A stretch of 62,372 nucleotides of DNA, filler included, from Circinaria calcarea (Eukaryota), in the NCBI GenBank assembly GCA_051942165.1. It is 13 parts of 13 records of this genome, joined end to end, with 100 filler letters (N's around TTAATTAATTAA, not from the genome) between each part and the next. Parts side by side here need not be neighbours in the genome. Positions count along the whole stretch, not along the records: positions 24,063 to 28,768 come from JAVECS010002216.1; positions 28,869 to 33,573 come from JAVECS010002217.1; positions 33,674 to 38,377 come from JAVECS010002218.1; positions 38,478 to 43,179 come from JAVECS010002219.1; 9 more parts are not named here. One strand, given 5' to 3'. Shown here one piece after another: positions 26,678 to 40,332 of this stretch. Both the position numbers and the translations under genes were made by a program. The notes below the pieces were generated by a model. That model made no database searches. It was not told the origin of the DNA and saw nothing but the letters and a program-made list of their open reading frames with translations. Each line of letters starts with the position of its first letter. Within the stretch, counting starts at the first letter, position 1.

Positions 26678-26960
26678 GTTTTGTAATTGAATAGAGTGAG
26701 TGAGGCGGAGTGGATACTTAAGAGAGTAGCTACCTATTTCTTTAAAGCTTGATGGGGAGTTTTCAACTATGTCCCGAAATTTTGGAGACGCGACGCGGCT
26801 AAAGGTCGTCTATCTACTTCGGCTTCCAGCCCTATACGGCAATCCCTGCAACCCATTTGAAGTCGGACATTCGTGAGTCAAATGTTAACTCACGAGCGCA
26901 TCATTCGAGAGACTTTAAGAGTAACCGTAGTGTGATCCTCTCAGCAGTAATCCAATTATT

Positions 26961-28768
26961 ATGGCAGACGTCACCATGTCCGAAAACAAGGAAGAGAAGC
27001 AAGCATCGGAAGCTACTACGTTTACAACTGATGCGAATCACACCGCTGATTCGAAACTTGCTGACCGAACTGCTGCTATCAACAAAGGCGAAGTCGATCC
27101 CCAGGAGCAATCGAAGAGTGCCGTTAAAAAAGCTGCTAAACAAGCGAAGCTGGCTGAGGAAAAGGCAAATAAATCGGCAACAAGCACTGTCAAGGAGGCT
27201 GGGAGGGCAGAAGCTAAGAGAGCCGTGAACAAAGCGCCGAAGAAGAAGATTGAAGGCGCAGCCCTTATAGGGATTGATGTGGCCAAAGAAGATGACTTTT
27301 CCGGTTGGTATCAACAAGTCCTTACTAAGGGGGAGATGCTCGACTATTACGACGTCTCGGGTTGTTATATCCTCAAAGTAAGTCGATGAGCAACCGGGAT
27401 ATGTGCGAGGTTAACCATGCGCAGCCCGCGTCCTACTTTATATGGGAGGAGATACAGCAGTGGTTCAACAAGAGGATAAAAGGGCTCGGCGTCAAGAATT
27501 GCTCATTTCCTATGTTTGTCTCACAAGATGTACTGGAAAGAGAAAAAGACCATATAGAAGGCTTCGCTGCAGAGGTAGCATGGGTCACACATGCGTGGGT
27601 AATTCGTAGAGAAGACTCACTGCTATCACCAAACTAACCAGTTCTAATATAGGGGAAACACTCCGCTGGAAAAGAAAATTGCCATCCGTCCCACATCGGA
27701 AACTGTCATGTACCCCTACTATGCCAAATGGATCCGAAGTCATCGAGATCTGCCGTTGCGACTGAATCAATGGAACTCGGTTGTCCGATGGGAATTCAAG
27801 CACCCGCAGCCGTTTTTGCGCACCCGAGAATTCCTATGGCAAGAAGGCCATACCGCACATCTAACGCAGGAAGATGCTGGAGCGGAGGTTCTCCAGATAC
27901 TTGAGTGGTATGCTGGCGTATACGAAGACTTACTAGCCGTTCCGGTGATCCGAGGTAGAAAGACAGAAAAGGAGAAGTTTGCTGGGGGTCTCTACACAAC
28001 AACAGTCGAAGGCTACATCCCAGAAACTGGCCGGGGGATTCAAGGCGCGACATCACATTGTCTTGGACAAAACTTTAGCAAGATGTTCGGAATCGTTGTC
28101 GAGGACCCTGCAAAGGATGGCGAAAAGCTTCATGTATGGCAAAATTCATGGGGTCTTTCTACGCGCGTAATCGGCGTAATGGTCATGATTCATGGGGATA
28201 ACCGTGGTCTTGTCCTTCCTCCGCGTGTGGTTGAGACCCAGGTCATCATCATTCCTGTTGGCATCACAGCGAAGTCTACGGAAGAGCAGAAGAAATCTCT
28301 TCACGACCAAGTCGATGCTTTAGCTACTGTCCTCCAGGCTGTTGATGTACGAGTCGAAGTAGATAAGCGTGATGGCTACTCTCCGGGCTGGAAGTTCAAT
28401 GACTGGGAGCAGAAGGGCGTCCCGTTACGGCTTGAGTTTGGCCCAAAAGATGCAGAACAACACGTCGTCACAACCTCTCGACGCGACATCGCCGGAAACG
28501 ATGGCAAGTCCACGATTCCGATCACGGAACTCAACAAGCAAGTCCCGGCCCTCCTCGAAACCATCCAAGCCGATCTATACGCCCGTGCGAAGGAAAAATT
28601 TGACTCTCACACCAAACAGATCACCTCATGGGATGATTTCGTTCCCGCTTTGAATGCAAAGAACGTTTGTATGATCCCGCACTGTTTGACAGAGAAGTGT
28701 GAGGATGAGATCAAAGACTTGAGTGCTAGGAGAGATGTTGGAGATGACACACCCGATGATGCGAAGGC
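26961..28768 (+). CDS. Cytosolic prolyl-tRNA synthetase (3' end in the gap)
   Basis: [55 protein letters not shown] and QNSWGLSTR motifs; two introns. Confidence 0.96.
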
Positions 28769-28868
28769 NNNNNNNNNNNNNNNNNNNNNNNNNNNNNNNN
28801 NNNNNNNNNNNNTTAATTAATTAANNNNNNNNNNNNNNNNNNNNNNNNNNNNNNNNNNNNNNNNNNNN

Positions 28869-30518
28869 GGAGCATTCCAGGCTCAGGGTTGGTTTGGGGT
28901 AAATATCCTTGGGAGCTTTCGGAAGGGATTTGGTCGATTTGGTGATTTTGAAAGTGGAGTTGATCTTATGACTGCTAGCTTTGGATGGAAGTTTTGGAAG
29001 AGCCTTTGAAGGTGCCTTTGTTGATGTCTTCTTGGGGAGTTTCTTAATAGTAGTGGAGATTTTAGTCGACTTTGACGCTGATTTCAACGTTGACTTTCCT
29101 GATGTGGCCTTCGTCTCTGATTTTGCTTGCGAGCGCATTAAACTGTAGTGAGCTGGCGGATTGACTTTCAATATAATTCTCGGTTTCAAGCGTGGACTTT
29201 CTTCCGGTGTTGGGATACCTTGTGCTGAGGTATCGGTATGTGAAGACGAACCGATAATCACCTTCACCTCACCAATTCTCCTCTTGGCTTCTTCCACCTC
29301 AGATTCTGTACAGGTTGTCGAGTCCTTCTCATCGCTCCAATGTCTTGCAACTTCATCACAGGCGCCTTTCACTATCAGGTCCCAACAATCTTCAAATTCC
29401 TTCCCTACCGGAGGCGCTTCCTGATTGATCCATACAGCCAATCCGTCTTTTCTTCCTCTTACAACACCACACATCTCTCGTACGATTCGTCTCACTCCAG
29501 GAATCTTCATGCTAGTGCCCACCACAATAACAGCATCTGGTCGAGATCGTAAATCCGAGCCGACCACCGCACCTATGGCTTCCTCGTCGGGGTTATGCTC
29601 GTTGTAAAGTACAATCCTAGGACGTAACTTTCCGATCCCATGGCTCCGCTTTCCAGCATGGTCAGTTCGAACTTTATCTGTTTCTGCGCAAACACCACAA
29701 GGTGGTGGTTCCGGCCCGTCAAATAACGCAGCCTCAAAATCCGACAGGTGATTACACTTTGAGCAGACCATCTTTTCCAATCCTCCGTGTAGTTGAATCG
29801 TTCGAGGCCAGGGCCCTTTCATACTAAGCGGGACACTCGTCTCCAGAGAGGGCAAGGCAACATCTATACCGTCTACATTCTGCGTATAGAGTCGCATCAA
29901 CCGACCTTCACTCGCCAGCGTTGAAAGCATCTGGTGAAATGCGGTGGGCTTAGCGGCACTAACAAGACGCGACATAGACCGCACCATATCATGGAAAGAC
30001 GACGTCGAGGAATCTGTCTGATATACCGATGCATCGAACAAATGCTTCCCAGACGCCTTCAGCTTGTGTTCGCTCCTCAGGGTGTTGAATAGACCTGTGG
30101 TAGAACGGAAGTCGGGTACTGATTGTCTGTCAGTCGGCTACAATAATTCAACTGAACAACACCTACTCCCTGCGGACACAGATATCCCAGCCCCCACGAT
30201 TACCACAATCTTGCGTCGCTTGCGCAGCACTTTCATCAATAGGTCCAATGGCGGGTTTACTTCGGTAGTGGGGCGATTAGATGGTTTACTGAGGTTGAGA
30301 TGCTCGGTGGTCCTGGGTTTGGGCTCCGGCCGTCTCCTCTTCTTCGCAGCAGGTTGCCCGCCCTCCTCCAGTGCGCGTTTCCTCGAGAACGGGCAGCTGG
30401 CTACTTGGATTGAATCGCTATCTTGTGACGATGCCGGAGTAGGGTAATCGGTAGGAGGAGACATGGATCGAATGGAGCTGAGGTCGGAGGACAGGTCCGA
30501 GAGACTATCGTCGTCCAT
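28869..30518 (-). CDS. HST4: Hst3/Hst4-type NAD-dependent sirtuin deacetylase (3' end in the gap)
   Basis: VVIVGAGISVSAG|VPDFRS, LYTQNVDGID, IQLHGGLEKMVCSKC...CGVC, LRPRIVLYNE and VVGTSMKIPGV motifs. Confidence 0.92.
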
Positions 30519-31335
30519 GGCTTGAAGCGGTGGACAATGCGCTCCAGGGCGATTATGGATTGGTCGTAAAGGATCAAGCGGGAGAAGAAAGACGTCGTGG
30601 ATAGATCACGACATCTCCCTCGCGACAAGATGCGCGATGACGGCAAGAAATACGGTGGCGTGGGCGGGAAAAGGAGTGTTCAAGGCATAGAGGGAGAGGG
30701 TTGAGAATAAGCAATGAAGAATAAGCAATGAATGAACGGGCAACAATGAGGCTGGTCGCCGGTCTGATCGGGGATAGGCCCGAGCTTCTCCTCTGCCGCA
30801 AATCCATAGGGCGGGAAAGACGAAACCCCCCCCCCCCCGTTGGGATTGGACGGTCTGTTTACCACTTTGTTTACCTGCACTACTACTTACTCCTTACTCC
30901 TTACTATTCACACTTACAGCTTACAAGGACCGATCTATATATACAATCTCTAAACAAAGACATTTGACATCTCGGCGATATAGCGAGTGGGGTCCCAAGC
31001 CTCCACATGTTCTTCTCGGAAGGTTGGGACTGTTCACCGGTAGCGTTCGTGCGCTGGGACTTCGTGTCCCCTCCTATCGTTCCTCGGGCTGTGACTGGTT
31101 GTTCAATTTAATTCTCGACCACTTCCCAGAATTTATCATTGCCGTGTCAGGCATATACATGTTGTTATCATTCATATGGCTACAGCTGGTTTATATGTGC
31201 AGTCTTGATTGTTCATCAGATGGCTCTCTGTCCCGATCGGCTGACTCTCAGGACCAGCACCCAAAAGCTCCCTTCATGAATATGACTTCTCGTTTCTAAA
31301 ATCAAAATCTATCTTATAAATCTATCTGCTCAATC

Positions 31336-33573
31336 ATGCCTATGATCATGGATCAGGATTTAGATGATCTTTTTGGAGAGTCGGCAGCGTTGAGCCTCCC
31401 GCCCAGTCCTCCAATCCGAGGCTTACGCCAACGTGTGGATGAGTTACGAACGAATGGGTGCAGTCAGTAGGTTATATTTGACGGAATGTGACATGATTCG
31501 TCTCCGACTCTGAACTCTTACCATAGGAAAGTTGCCTGGTCCAAAAACGGCTGCATAGCATACATTACCAGCGATGGCCGTAGTGTCCGCCTTGCGAATC
31601 TACGCTGTGGTCCGGCAAACGGCGTCTGGGAGCAGGACAGCCATGCCGACAGCCTACTGGCTGGCCATATTCTGAGAATCTACAAGGGACGTGAGTTGGC
31701 TCACCTGTCATGGAATTCAACCGGTCTCGAGCTGTTGGTGGCGGATGTCTACGGGCGACTGTCGATATTCTCCACGAGTCTTGTTTCCATTAACCGAGTG
31801 GCGGCCGCAAAAGTATGGATAACTGATCCCGAAGATAACTTGAACACTTTGGTAGGCATGACGTGGTTGAATGTCGAGCGAGCGGTACGTGTGTGGACTT
31901 GATCGGGTGGGCCAGCCCAGATCTGATCAACGTGATAGATCTCATTGTCTCGGCCAGTGGTGAGGTCTGGGGATCGGTGGGTTCATGCGGTCACTCATTA
32001 CAAATCAAAGGGCCCGTACAATCCGAGCGGTAAGGCTGCACTACTTACCATAACAAGGAGTGGCTTTGTAAGACTCTTGTACCAGTCCCAGGATGGCCAG
32101 TGGCAGGACGTCAGACAGGAATTCTACAGCGTGTCAACATCTCTTGCCTTGCTGACACATGCAACGCTCTGTCCACATGAAGGTGAGTAATCCTAGGTAT
32201 ATGTGGTCACAGGAGTACTAAAATCACCTAATCCGAAGACGACGCCATCTTACTCCTTGTATATACCTCTAATAAACAGTTACGGCTATATCGGATTACC
32301 ATACAATGGCCTCAGACGAATTTAGGAGGACAGTTGCCTTCAGGAGCATCTTTACCATCACTGACCATACGGCATTTGAAGGAAGTCAACGATTGTTTCC
32401 CGATGACGGTCGATAATGATCATCATTCCAGTTTTTTATTGACGCCTCCGTCGGATGCATACCTATCCCACCTGGAATTACTACCTCGAGGACCAGAACT
32501 TCCAGGTAAGGATGCGACGTACCCAACCATTGTCGCTGTATTTTCTTATCTAGCTCTTTCGAATGGTTTTCACAGCCCCGAGCTTCGTGAAGAGAGCTTT
32601 ACTGTGGTATCTAGATGGGAGTTACGGAATGAGGAGTCGACCTTGCATTCTAGCTTTGACATATTAGCATCGAAAAGGTCCGGTTCTTCATCCAGTACCG
32701 ATCTGAAGGTGAGTTTTCGAGATCAACTTTATTCATAATGATCAATAACCGTCTTCTTAGCGAGAGGCTACACTCAAACGACTAGACGATGTTCACAATG
32801 ACCGAGTACTTATACATATTCAACAACTCAGTCTTAGTAGCATCCTCGCAATGGCATACAGTGACGGCAGCATCGAGTTCAGGGATCGAGTGACCTTGTT
32901 ATGTCTACCTGACGATGAATCGGAGGCCATCTCCAGCCTAGGGCAAAGCGGCTTTGGCTTTTCTGACACGCAATCCTGTTTGCACGTAGCGTTATCACCA
33001 AACTCTTGTGCGAAAGTCTCCTTCGCCGCGGAGCATGAGCCTAAGTTGGAGGTTATGCAACCAGTGAGAAACCATGGCAACTATCCAGAAGACAACTGTA
33101 AGCATATATCTACTACGTCCTTTGCGCTAAAGCTGACCCATCGACCAGCCTTCCTTGAAAGAGCTACGATTGCCTTTGCCATGCAATCATCACTTGCGTG
33201 TATGAGTAGCAATAACAATGATGATCTTCTTATGGCATTGCAGGCATTCTTACGTCAAATGGAAAGCGGGAATTCCCACCTTGACCAGAACATACCCCTC
33301 ATTGTCGAGCAAAAATTCCTCTATGAGCTGTACCGAGCTTTGGGCGTAAACCTTGACCAGGCTTTTGATACTCAGCCTGATAAAATCCTTCGTCATCAGA
33401 TGATACAAAAGTGTTTCAGCATACAGGCTGCACTAGGCTTCAAAGGCCGCAATGGGAATCGAGATATACCGTCTAAGCTAGCTTGGACATTGCTGAATCT
33501 ACGAATGATTGCTATCATGATTGCTTTTGCCTTCTCAAGATCCAATGGTCCTTCATCGCCGGAGAGTGAAATC
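31336..33573 (+). CDS. MED16: Mediator complex subunit 16 (Sin4), 5' part, multi-intron
   Basis: MPMIMDQDLDDLFGE...QRVDELRTNGCSQ|KVAWSKNGCIAYI, LAHLSWNSTGLELLVADVYGRLSIF and AYSDGSIEFRDR motifs. Confidence 0.88.
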
Positions 33574-33673
33574 NNNNNNNNNNNNNNNNNNNNNNNNNNN
33601 NNNNNNNNNNNNNNNNNTTAATTAATTAANNNNNNNNNNNNNNNNNNNNNNNNNNNNNNNNNNNNNNNNNNNN

Positions 33674-34080
33674 CTCGCAAAGCACGTATCGCTCAGATAG
33701 CCGAGGAATACCTTGCTCACCAGGAATTCAGCAACATTGTCGCAGATCTCGACACTCAAGTGGATCAAGCCTATCTCAAGCGAAGTCGTACACTCGGCAA
33801 AGGAAAGAAAAACGTGAAACGTCCTGGGGGGGCTGGTGGAGGATCTCACTATGTGGCTGGACCGTTATCTGCTAGCGCTGCAGGAATTACGAAGCCAGGA
33901 ATCGGTGATGTGGCTAGGACGGTCATGGAGAGAAGAAAGAATTGGATCGATACCATCAAGCCGGTCTTTGACGAGGATGTTACCAGAGTAAGGACTGAAG
34001 GGGAAGGAATCTTCGAGGGACCAGAGTGGGAGAAGCTACTGGCAATTGAAAGGGAGCGATGGGACGAAGAGGCCGAGTAG
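33674..34080 (+). CDS. ADA3: SAGA/ADA complex subunit Ada3 (Ngg1), C-terminal part
   Basis: KARIAQIAEEYLAHQEFSNIVADLDTQVDQAYLKRSRTLGKGKK...ARTVMERRKNWIDTIKPVF. Confidence 0.88.
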
Positions 34081-36010
34081 AGCGATCGCGAGTTTGTGCA
34101 GTCTGCTATATCGGAGAGATTATTGTTTGTGGGCTTGATAAATTTGGGGGATCTTGTACGTTGTGATGTGATGATGTTTGGAATACTGCCCGATTGGCTC
34201 AAATAGGGGGATGAACGTGAATATGGAGGAATAGATATGATACCCTTGGGCTTCGATACGCTGGTTCTCTCGTCCTAGATATGACGGCTGGATAATAATC
34301 CGATTTGGTTGACAAAATCAACACCCTAACGTGGTGCATAGGCATTCGATCGTGGGAGACCAGTAACCAACTCACCAAGCATTAGAGCTTGTAGAACCAT
34401 TTCTCAGTCCCCATCACCTCGAATATTCTCATCTGAATCAGCATGGAAAACAACACAAGTATCGGGGCTATTCGAAGCCGGTGGGCAAAAGTCGTTGCCC
34501 GGTGGAAGATGGTCAGTATAAGAGGGGGATTTGCTCCGTTCCCCACCAACTATAAATTGAATCTTTCAAGCAGGACATCTATCCGCTCAAGGGTTTGCTC
34601 TATTCGACGAGCTATCATTCCTGTGGGAAAGGGGTCCTCCGACACCATATTGTTAGTTTCAGCAACGACGAACGACGACTTTTGCTCAACCGCGCCTCGG
34701 ATTGGATTGTACTGGTCTATAGTATAGGGGGTAATAAACGTTAGCGCCCTTTTTTTTCTCTGTCACAACCCATATACATTAGGCTTAAATAAAAGATTTA
34801 ATTTTGCTTGGAGAAGAAAAAAAATTCAGTCATTTTCCGCGGGAGATGTATTTAATGGTATTAGTTCCCCTTGTTCCAGGCTCTTTTATACGGTGATGGT
34901 TGTTGTTGAGAGAACAAGGGGGAGAATCATGACGGCGCTCTGGTAACGTTTGTTCCCCCTGCAGACCAGTTATATGAAAAGGGGGGCTAGGAAAGGGGGA
35001 CGAGCAAAAGTTCTGTATTTCGTCTTCAGCCGCTCGTTTTTTCCTGGGGCTTTTTTTGATCTAAATCTTTGACGCGTGTGTACTTCTCTCGTATTCCCTT
35101 CCCGAATCGACCCTATGGCCACACACCCTTACCCTTCTTGGCTTCGTTTCTTTGAACCAATTGGGTGTCAGTCGCGTGCAGTAATCCAGTTCCTTCGAAT
35201 TATCCTATAAGTCCCTCGGGACGGATTCGCACTCCTTTTATAGTATAACTAGCATACGTAATTTCGCTTTCAGACCACCGTCCTCATTCAGGACACCCAA
35301 TGATCAATGAATTTAATACGATACCGGCAAATTGACAACCTACAAGTGGTACAAATACGTGTCACGTAGAATGATCTATTTTCGCATGCAACTTCCCCCC
35401 TTGGCCGAGCAGTGGCGCACCAACAAATACGATATTGGCTTTCCCAAGGGTTTGCTGGAACGTTTATTCGATTCAATGTAGACTGTCGCCGTTTTCACAT
35501 TACCAAGCAGATTTCTCTTCTCGGCTCTCTCTCATTCTCACCCACATGATGAATTTGTCATAATGGGTTACATTCTAGCACATTTTTGACAGCTCTGAAA
35601 AGTATCGAATTTGGGGCTTTTTGAAATACTAGATTTTTCTACATGGTTCCTTGCCAAAAGTGTTTCGCCCATGACAATCAGCTTCAACCCCACACTCACT
35701 TCTGATCTCTGGCCCGGAAGGATGTTGCAGAGGTATCTTTTATGGCAACCAATCCATGTATACAAGGGAATGGTTATATTATAGCTGGGCACGTGACGTG
35801 CCTTTACGACGGGTATACTTGCTTGAACCTGTAGATGACAGGCTAATCTACTTGTTACAATATACTTTCATGGTTCAAAGTCCGTATGAGCAGTGAGAGA
35901 ATTGGAGGATTGAAGATATATTCTCATTTTCAAGTATGCTACTTCGTACTAGGATGTTTTTGGGGGGAATGTAACTGCAGGCCCGCTGTCAATCACCAAC
36001 CTTCGCAAGG

Positions 36011-36823
36011 TCAAACTGGCTTGTGACCCTCAACTCTGTGATGTTGGCCACATTGACGAACAGCCTCTCGCAGTGCCGCTAGTTCTTTTTCAACGCCTTC
36101 CCCAATGCCGTCCACGTCGAGGTTTTCCAAATAGTCGTAGGTGAATTCGCCAACATTGCCGGCAAGTGCACTCCAAGCCTCCCCATGCCAAGTAAGGCCT
36201 AACGTCGTCATCGACTGGCTTAGGCAACCGTCGCAATGGCAATGGAAGAGCAGCAGAAACGCGTGCACCATTTGATGAAGTAATATTTCTGTAATGGTCC
36301 TGCCCTGGTCCTTACGAGCGCCAGGAGCGGATTCCGGCAGGGCAGCAGTCAGACTAATGTTCACCAGAGGCTCGTCCGGAAGGCTGTTTGGCGCAAATTT
36401 CGTCTGTCCTGAATTCTGAGCTGGGTCGACAGGATCGTCGAACCGAACCCGGGTAAAACGCTTGAGTGAGCCGGCAAAGAGCATTCTGTCCAAGACTAAG
36501 AAGTATTTCCGCAGTTTAGTCTTGGACTTTGCAGGATCAATCAGTCCGTCCCATTCCTCGAAAGAGTCGAACGCCTTTTGCTGGTCCTCCTCCATACCCT
36601 CCTGATCCGTCACCGCTAAATACTGGGTGATGGTCTCCAAAAGGTCATCAGTACTGTGCTGCCGCGTATGGAATCCTGGTGTCCTCCCGGCCTTGAGAGT
36701 GATGCCATTCTTGCTCCGAGTGACGTTTGATGGCAGAGTATGGGTCTTTGACACAGGCACAGTGCCGCAAATAGCGCAATGCCCTGATTGCATGCCTATT
36801 CTAGCTGACCGTCTCAGTGTCAT
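36011..36823 (-). CDS. SprT-like zinc-metalloprotease-fold protein, HQMVH variant (270 aa)
   Basis: YFLVLDRMLFAGSL...ITEILLHQMVHAFL...CHCDGC...GLTWHGEAW matches the SprT-like layout. Intronless ORF with a TATA-like TATAAA upstream. Confidence 0.75.
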   Translation of the reverse strand: MTLRRSARIGMQSGHCAICGTVPVSKTHTLPSNVTRSKNGITLKAGRTPGFHTRQHSTDDLLETITQYLAVTDQEGMEEDQQKAFDSFEEWDGLIDPAKSKTKLRKYFLVLDRMLFAGSLKRFTRVRFDDPVDPAQNSGQTKFAPNSLPDEPLVNISLTAALPESAPGARKDQGRTITEILLHQMVHAFLLLFHCHCDGCLSQSMTTLGLTWHGEAWSALAGNVGEFTYDYLENLDVDGIGEGVEKELAALREAVRQCGQHHRVEGHKPV

Positions 36824-37928
36824 GACTTCCTAGGAAAGGTGCAAATGGGTTGGGGGTAGAAGTGTGGATGAATGAGGGTCGAGAAAGATGGTAGTGTTCG
36901 ATGTCAGACTTGAAAGGATGTAAGAGAGAAGAAATATGGGACAGACAGAAGATAGTTTGCTGTAAGAAATAAGAGGGAGTAGCTGCCTCTTTATAACCTA
37001 TGACTAGCGGTAGGTTCTAGAGGTAAGCATAGCTCACCGAGACGCGATCTGTATCTTCGAACATGATCGACCTCAATTGTACGTTTTATACGTCAGTGGT
37101 GCTATCGAGTTTACACTCGTAACAGTAAAGAAGGTTCGAGGGCCCCTTGGGCTGACATTACGCGTGATAAGTTCAATACGAAACAGAACCACAAAGATCA
37201 CAAGAACAGGCTAGAGATATCATGAAGAAGTATGAGATGAGACATAGGTGAACGCGACGAGGGCATCTTCAGTATGGATTGAAAGAAAAAGTGAGAGAAA
37301 TGTTATTGGAAGGTCAACATCAAATTGCGCATGACGGTTGACCTGGCCCACCATATCTATAAGCCTGAAAGTTTTAAGTCTTGGCAACCCCTTATATCAC
37401 ATTATTACTTTGGCTATATTACCCAGGCCACCACAAGTACCTGTTAGTTAATACAAGGATGGCCGTGAGGTACCTATGACTTCTGATAATCATGAGGCTG
37501 GCGCCGTGTACTAAAATTGTAGACGTTGTGTCATACCCGCTACTCCAGTGGTCAGGGTTTCCCTGACCGTTTTAGAATGCGAGCTTTAGTACTTGGATTC
37601 AATCTTCTAAAGCTCAGCTGACTAGTTGATTTACAGATGAGACGGCCAGTACTAAGCATGTAGTGGTTACTGCTCGAGTCGTGATTGGATCTACTGGCAA
37701 GCACTGGACCAATGACTCTAAGGCTATGCCTTTGGAAGTATTGCTTATCTATCTGGAAACCTTATTACCTAGCATTTCGCGCTACTCAAAACATATTTTT
37801 ATGAACGGATAACGAGAACATATTTGGGTGAGTATTCCCATATTGAAACAGACGATCTAAAAGTAGACTTGTGTTGGGAAAAAGGGTGAACAGGGGTTGG
37901 TTATAGAGGGACGAGTGCAGACCTGCTG

Positions 37929-38377
37929 TCAAACATCGCTCATATAAAGCTCATCCTTGTCATCTTCGCCGGCCGTTAAGACAGTTCTAGGCCGGAGGGA
38001 TTCATGACTAGGACTGGAAACCAAGCCTTCAGCGGCCACTACTCCTTGCTCGAGGGATACCCCGCTGCCAATGCCGTCGACTCGCAAGTTTACCTTGGCG
38101 GAAGCGGCTTCGGTTATCTGATCTGCCAATTTCTTCCAGGCCTTCCCGTGGCCGGTGTATCCTAACTCGGAGATTGATTCTTTCAAACAATCCACACAGT
38201 GACAGTGAAAGAGCAACAGAAAACCATGTACCATCTCATGAAGTAGAGTTTCCAACACCCTCAAGCCGTAGTTGTCAGATTTGGCAGCTTCAGTGAGAGA
38301 AGAAATACGAATCTTTATGGAAGGCTTTCCGGACGCATCTGCCTCAGGCCAGGAGGTATAAGCCAGGGACTCGGATT
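37929..38377 (-). CDS. SprT-like zinc metalloprotease, HEMVH (5' end in the gap)
   Basis: VLETLLHEMVHGFL...CHCVDC...GYTGHGKAWKKLA; clear paralog of 36011-36823. Confidence 0.78.
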
Positions 38378-38477
38378 NNNNNNNNNNNNNNNNNNNNNNN
38401 NNNNNNNNNNNNNNNNNNNNNTTAATTAATTAANNNNNNNNNNNNNNNNNNNNNNNNNNNNNNNNNNNNNNNNNNNN

Positions 38478-39795
38478 AGCGCGTCTCATTTCTCTCTGGC
38501 CAACATCCCATTCGGAATCATATCCACCGCTACTTCGGAGACTCGGCGACCTGCCGTTGCAATTGGCGAATACGCCCTCGACCTGACCGCTTTCACCTCC
38601 GGCAATGGCTTCTCTGAGCTCCCAAGCCTCAAGGAAAGCCTCCCTGTTTTCTCTCAATCAACTCTCAACGCCTTTGCAGAACTTGGCCGATCTGTGCATC
38701 GAGAAGTCCGGGAGTATCTCCAAAACGTGCTTTCCGATGACACGAATTTCCCTCAGACGCTGAAGGACAATGCTTCGCTCCAAAAGAAGGCTTTGATACC
38801 ATTGAAAGAGGTGGAATTACATCTCCCCATGCATATCGGGCACTACACGGACTTCTTTGCGGGTAGAAATCACGCCTACAATGTGGGAGTTATGTTTCGG
38901 GGTCCCAGCAATGCTTTACAACCCAATTACACGCATTTACCAGTGGGCTATAATGGGCGCGCTTCCTCCGTGGTAGTATCTGGAACGCCCATCCGAAGAC
39001 CATGGGGTCAGATTCTCGAGAATCCTACCGCAGACCCAAAGATACCTACATTCACCCCTTGTCGGAAGCTGGACTTCGAGTTGGAACTCGGGGCTTTTCT
39101 TTGTCGACCTAACAATATGGGGGAGCCGGTACAGATTGATGATGCAGAAGAATGTCTGTTTGGATTTGTGCTCCTAGACGACTGGTCGGCAAGAGATATA
39201 CAAATGTGGGAATACGTGCCACTGGGGCCTTTCAATGCAAAGAACTTTGGCACGACTATCAGCCCGTGGGTGGTGCTTGCAGATGCACTTGAGCCCTTCA
39301 TGACGGAAGGTCTGAAGAACGAAACAGAGCTTCTACCATATCTAAGAGAAAAGAGGAAACAGAACGGGTATAGCATCAATCTCGAGGTTGACTTAAGAAG
39401 TATATTTTCCTCATCTCGACTTTTGCAAGCCTTGTACTGATGGTCTTGCAGCAAGCTCTGGCCCAAACAACACAATCGCTCGAACCAACTCTAAGAATCT
39501 CCTCTTCTCATTTCCACAAATGTTGGCACATCATACCATCACAGGTTGCCCGACGCAAGTCGGGGACCTTCTCGGTTCAGGCACGATCAGTGGTACGGAA
39601 CCCGGAACACAAGGCAGCTTGTTAGAACAAAACCTAAATGGCAAAATGACGTTGAAGTTGGACAGCGGAGAAGAGCGCATATTCTTAGAAGACGGTGACA
39701 GTGTCACTCTCAAGGGTTGGGCTGGAACGACAGCATCTGGTCTTGTGGGTTTCGGGGAATGCGCGGGACAGATAATGCCGGCGATCAAGATATGA
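38478..39795 (+). CDS. fahA: Fumarylacetoacetase (first codons in the gap)
   Basis: SHFSLANIPFG, HLPMHIGHYTDFFAG, HLPVGYNGRASSVVVSGTPIRRP, DWSARDIQMWEYVPLGPF and GDLLGSGTISG motifs. Intron 39400-39451. Confidence 0.95.
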
Positions 39796-40332
39796 GCTCT
39801 AAAGGTAGATTTTCCCATCTAGAGCAGCATCGCCATGGCTCGACAGCTGCATGGCTTCCATGTTGGCAATGATTGTCTTTCACGTTTTTGGCTGCGCGGT
39901 GCTTTCGACTGTTCCGCTATCGCAATAAGAGAGACGCGATGCACTGCGGATGAGAATCAAGTTGAGGGGTCAAACGAGACTGCGCGGCTTTGTTCCGCTA
40001 TTGGCCCCACCCCTCTTTCATTGCGCCGTTATTAAGTTTACTACATATCCCCATCTGCAAGGTCGTCTTGAAGGAAGTTTTGGAACCAAACAGTGTTCGA
40101 AGTACACCGAATGCGATACAACAGTTTAACACACGGCTCACCCTCGTCTTATTGGCTGTCCAGTATGCAGGAGAGTTTTACATATTTTCATGGTGGGTTA
40201 TTAAACCCTCGAGAGTAAGAAGCTCCTGCATCTGGATGGAAAACTCAGAGATATGATATAAAGAGGATGCGAAAGCCAGAGTCCTTAGAGGAATCTTCTC
40301 TTCAGTTGCCTATCTACTGAGTCAGAGTTGTG

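Noticed and set aside
37092..37146. tRNA-like segment GTCAG...GGTTCGAG...CTGACA
   Set aside because: No proper D-arm, anticodon arm or paired T-stem.
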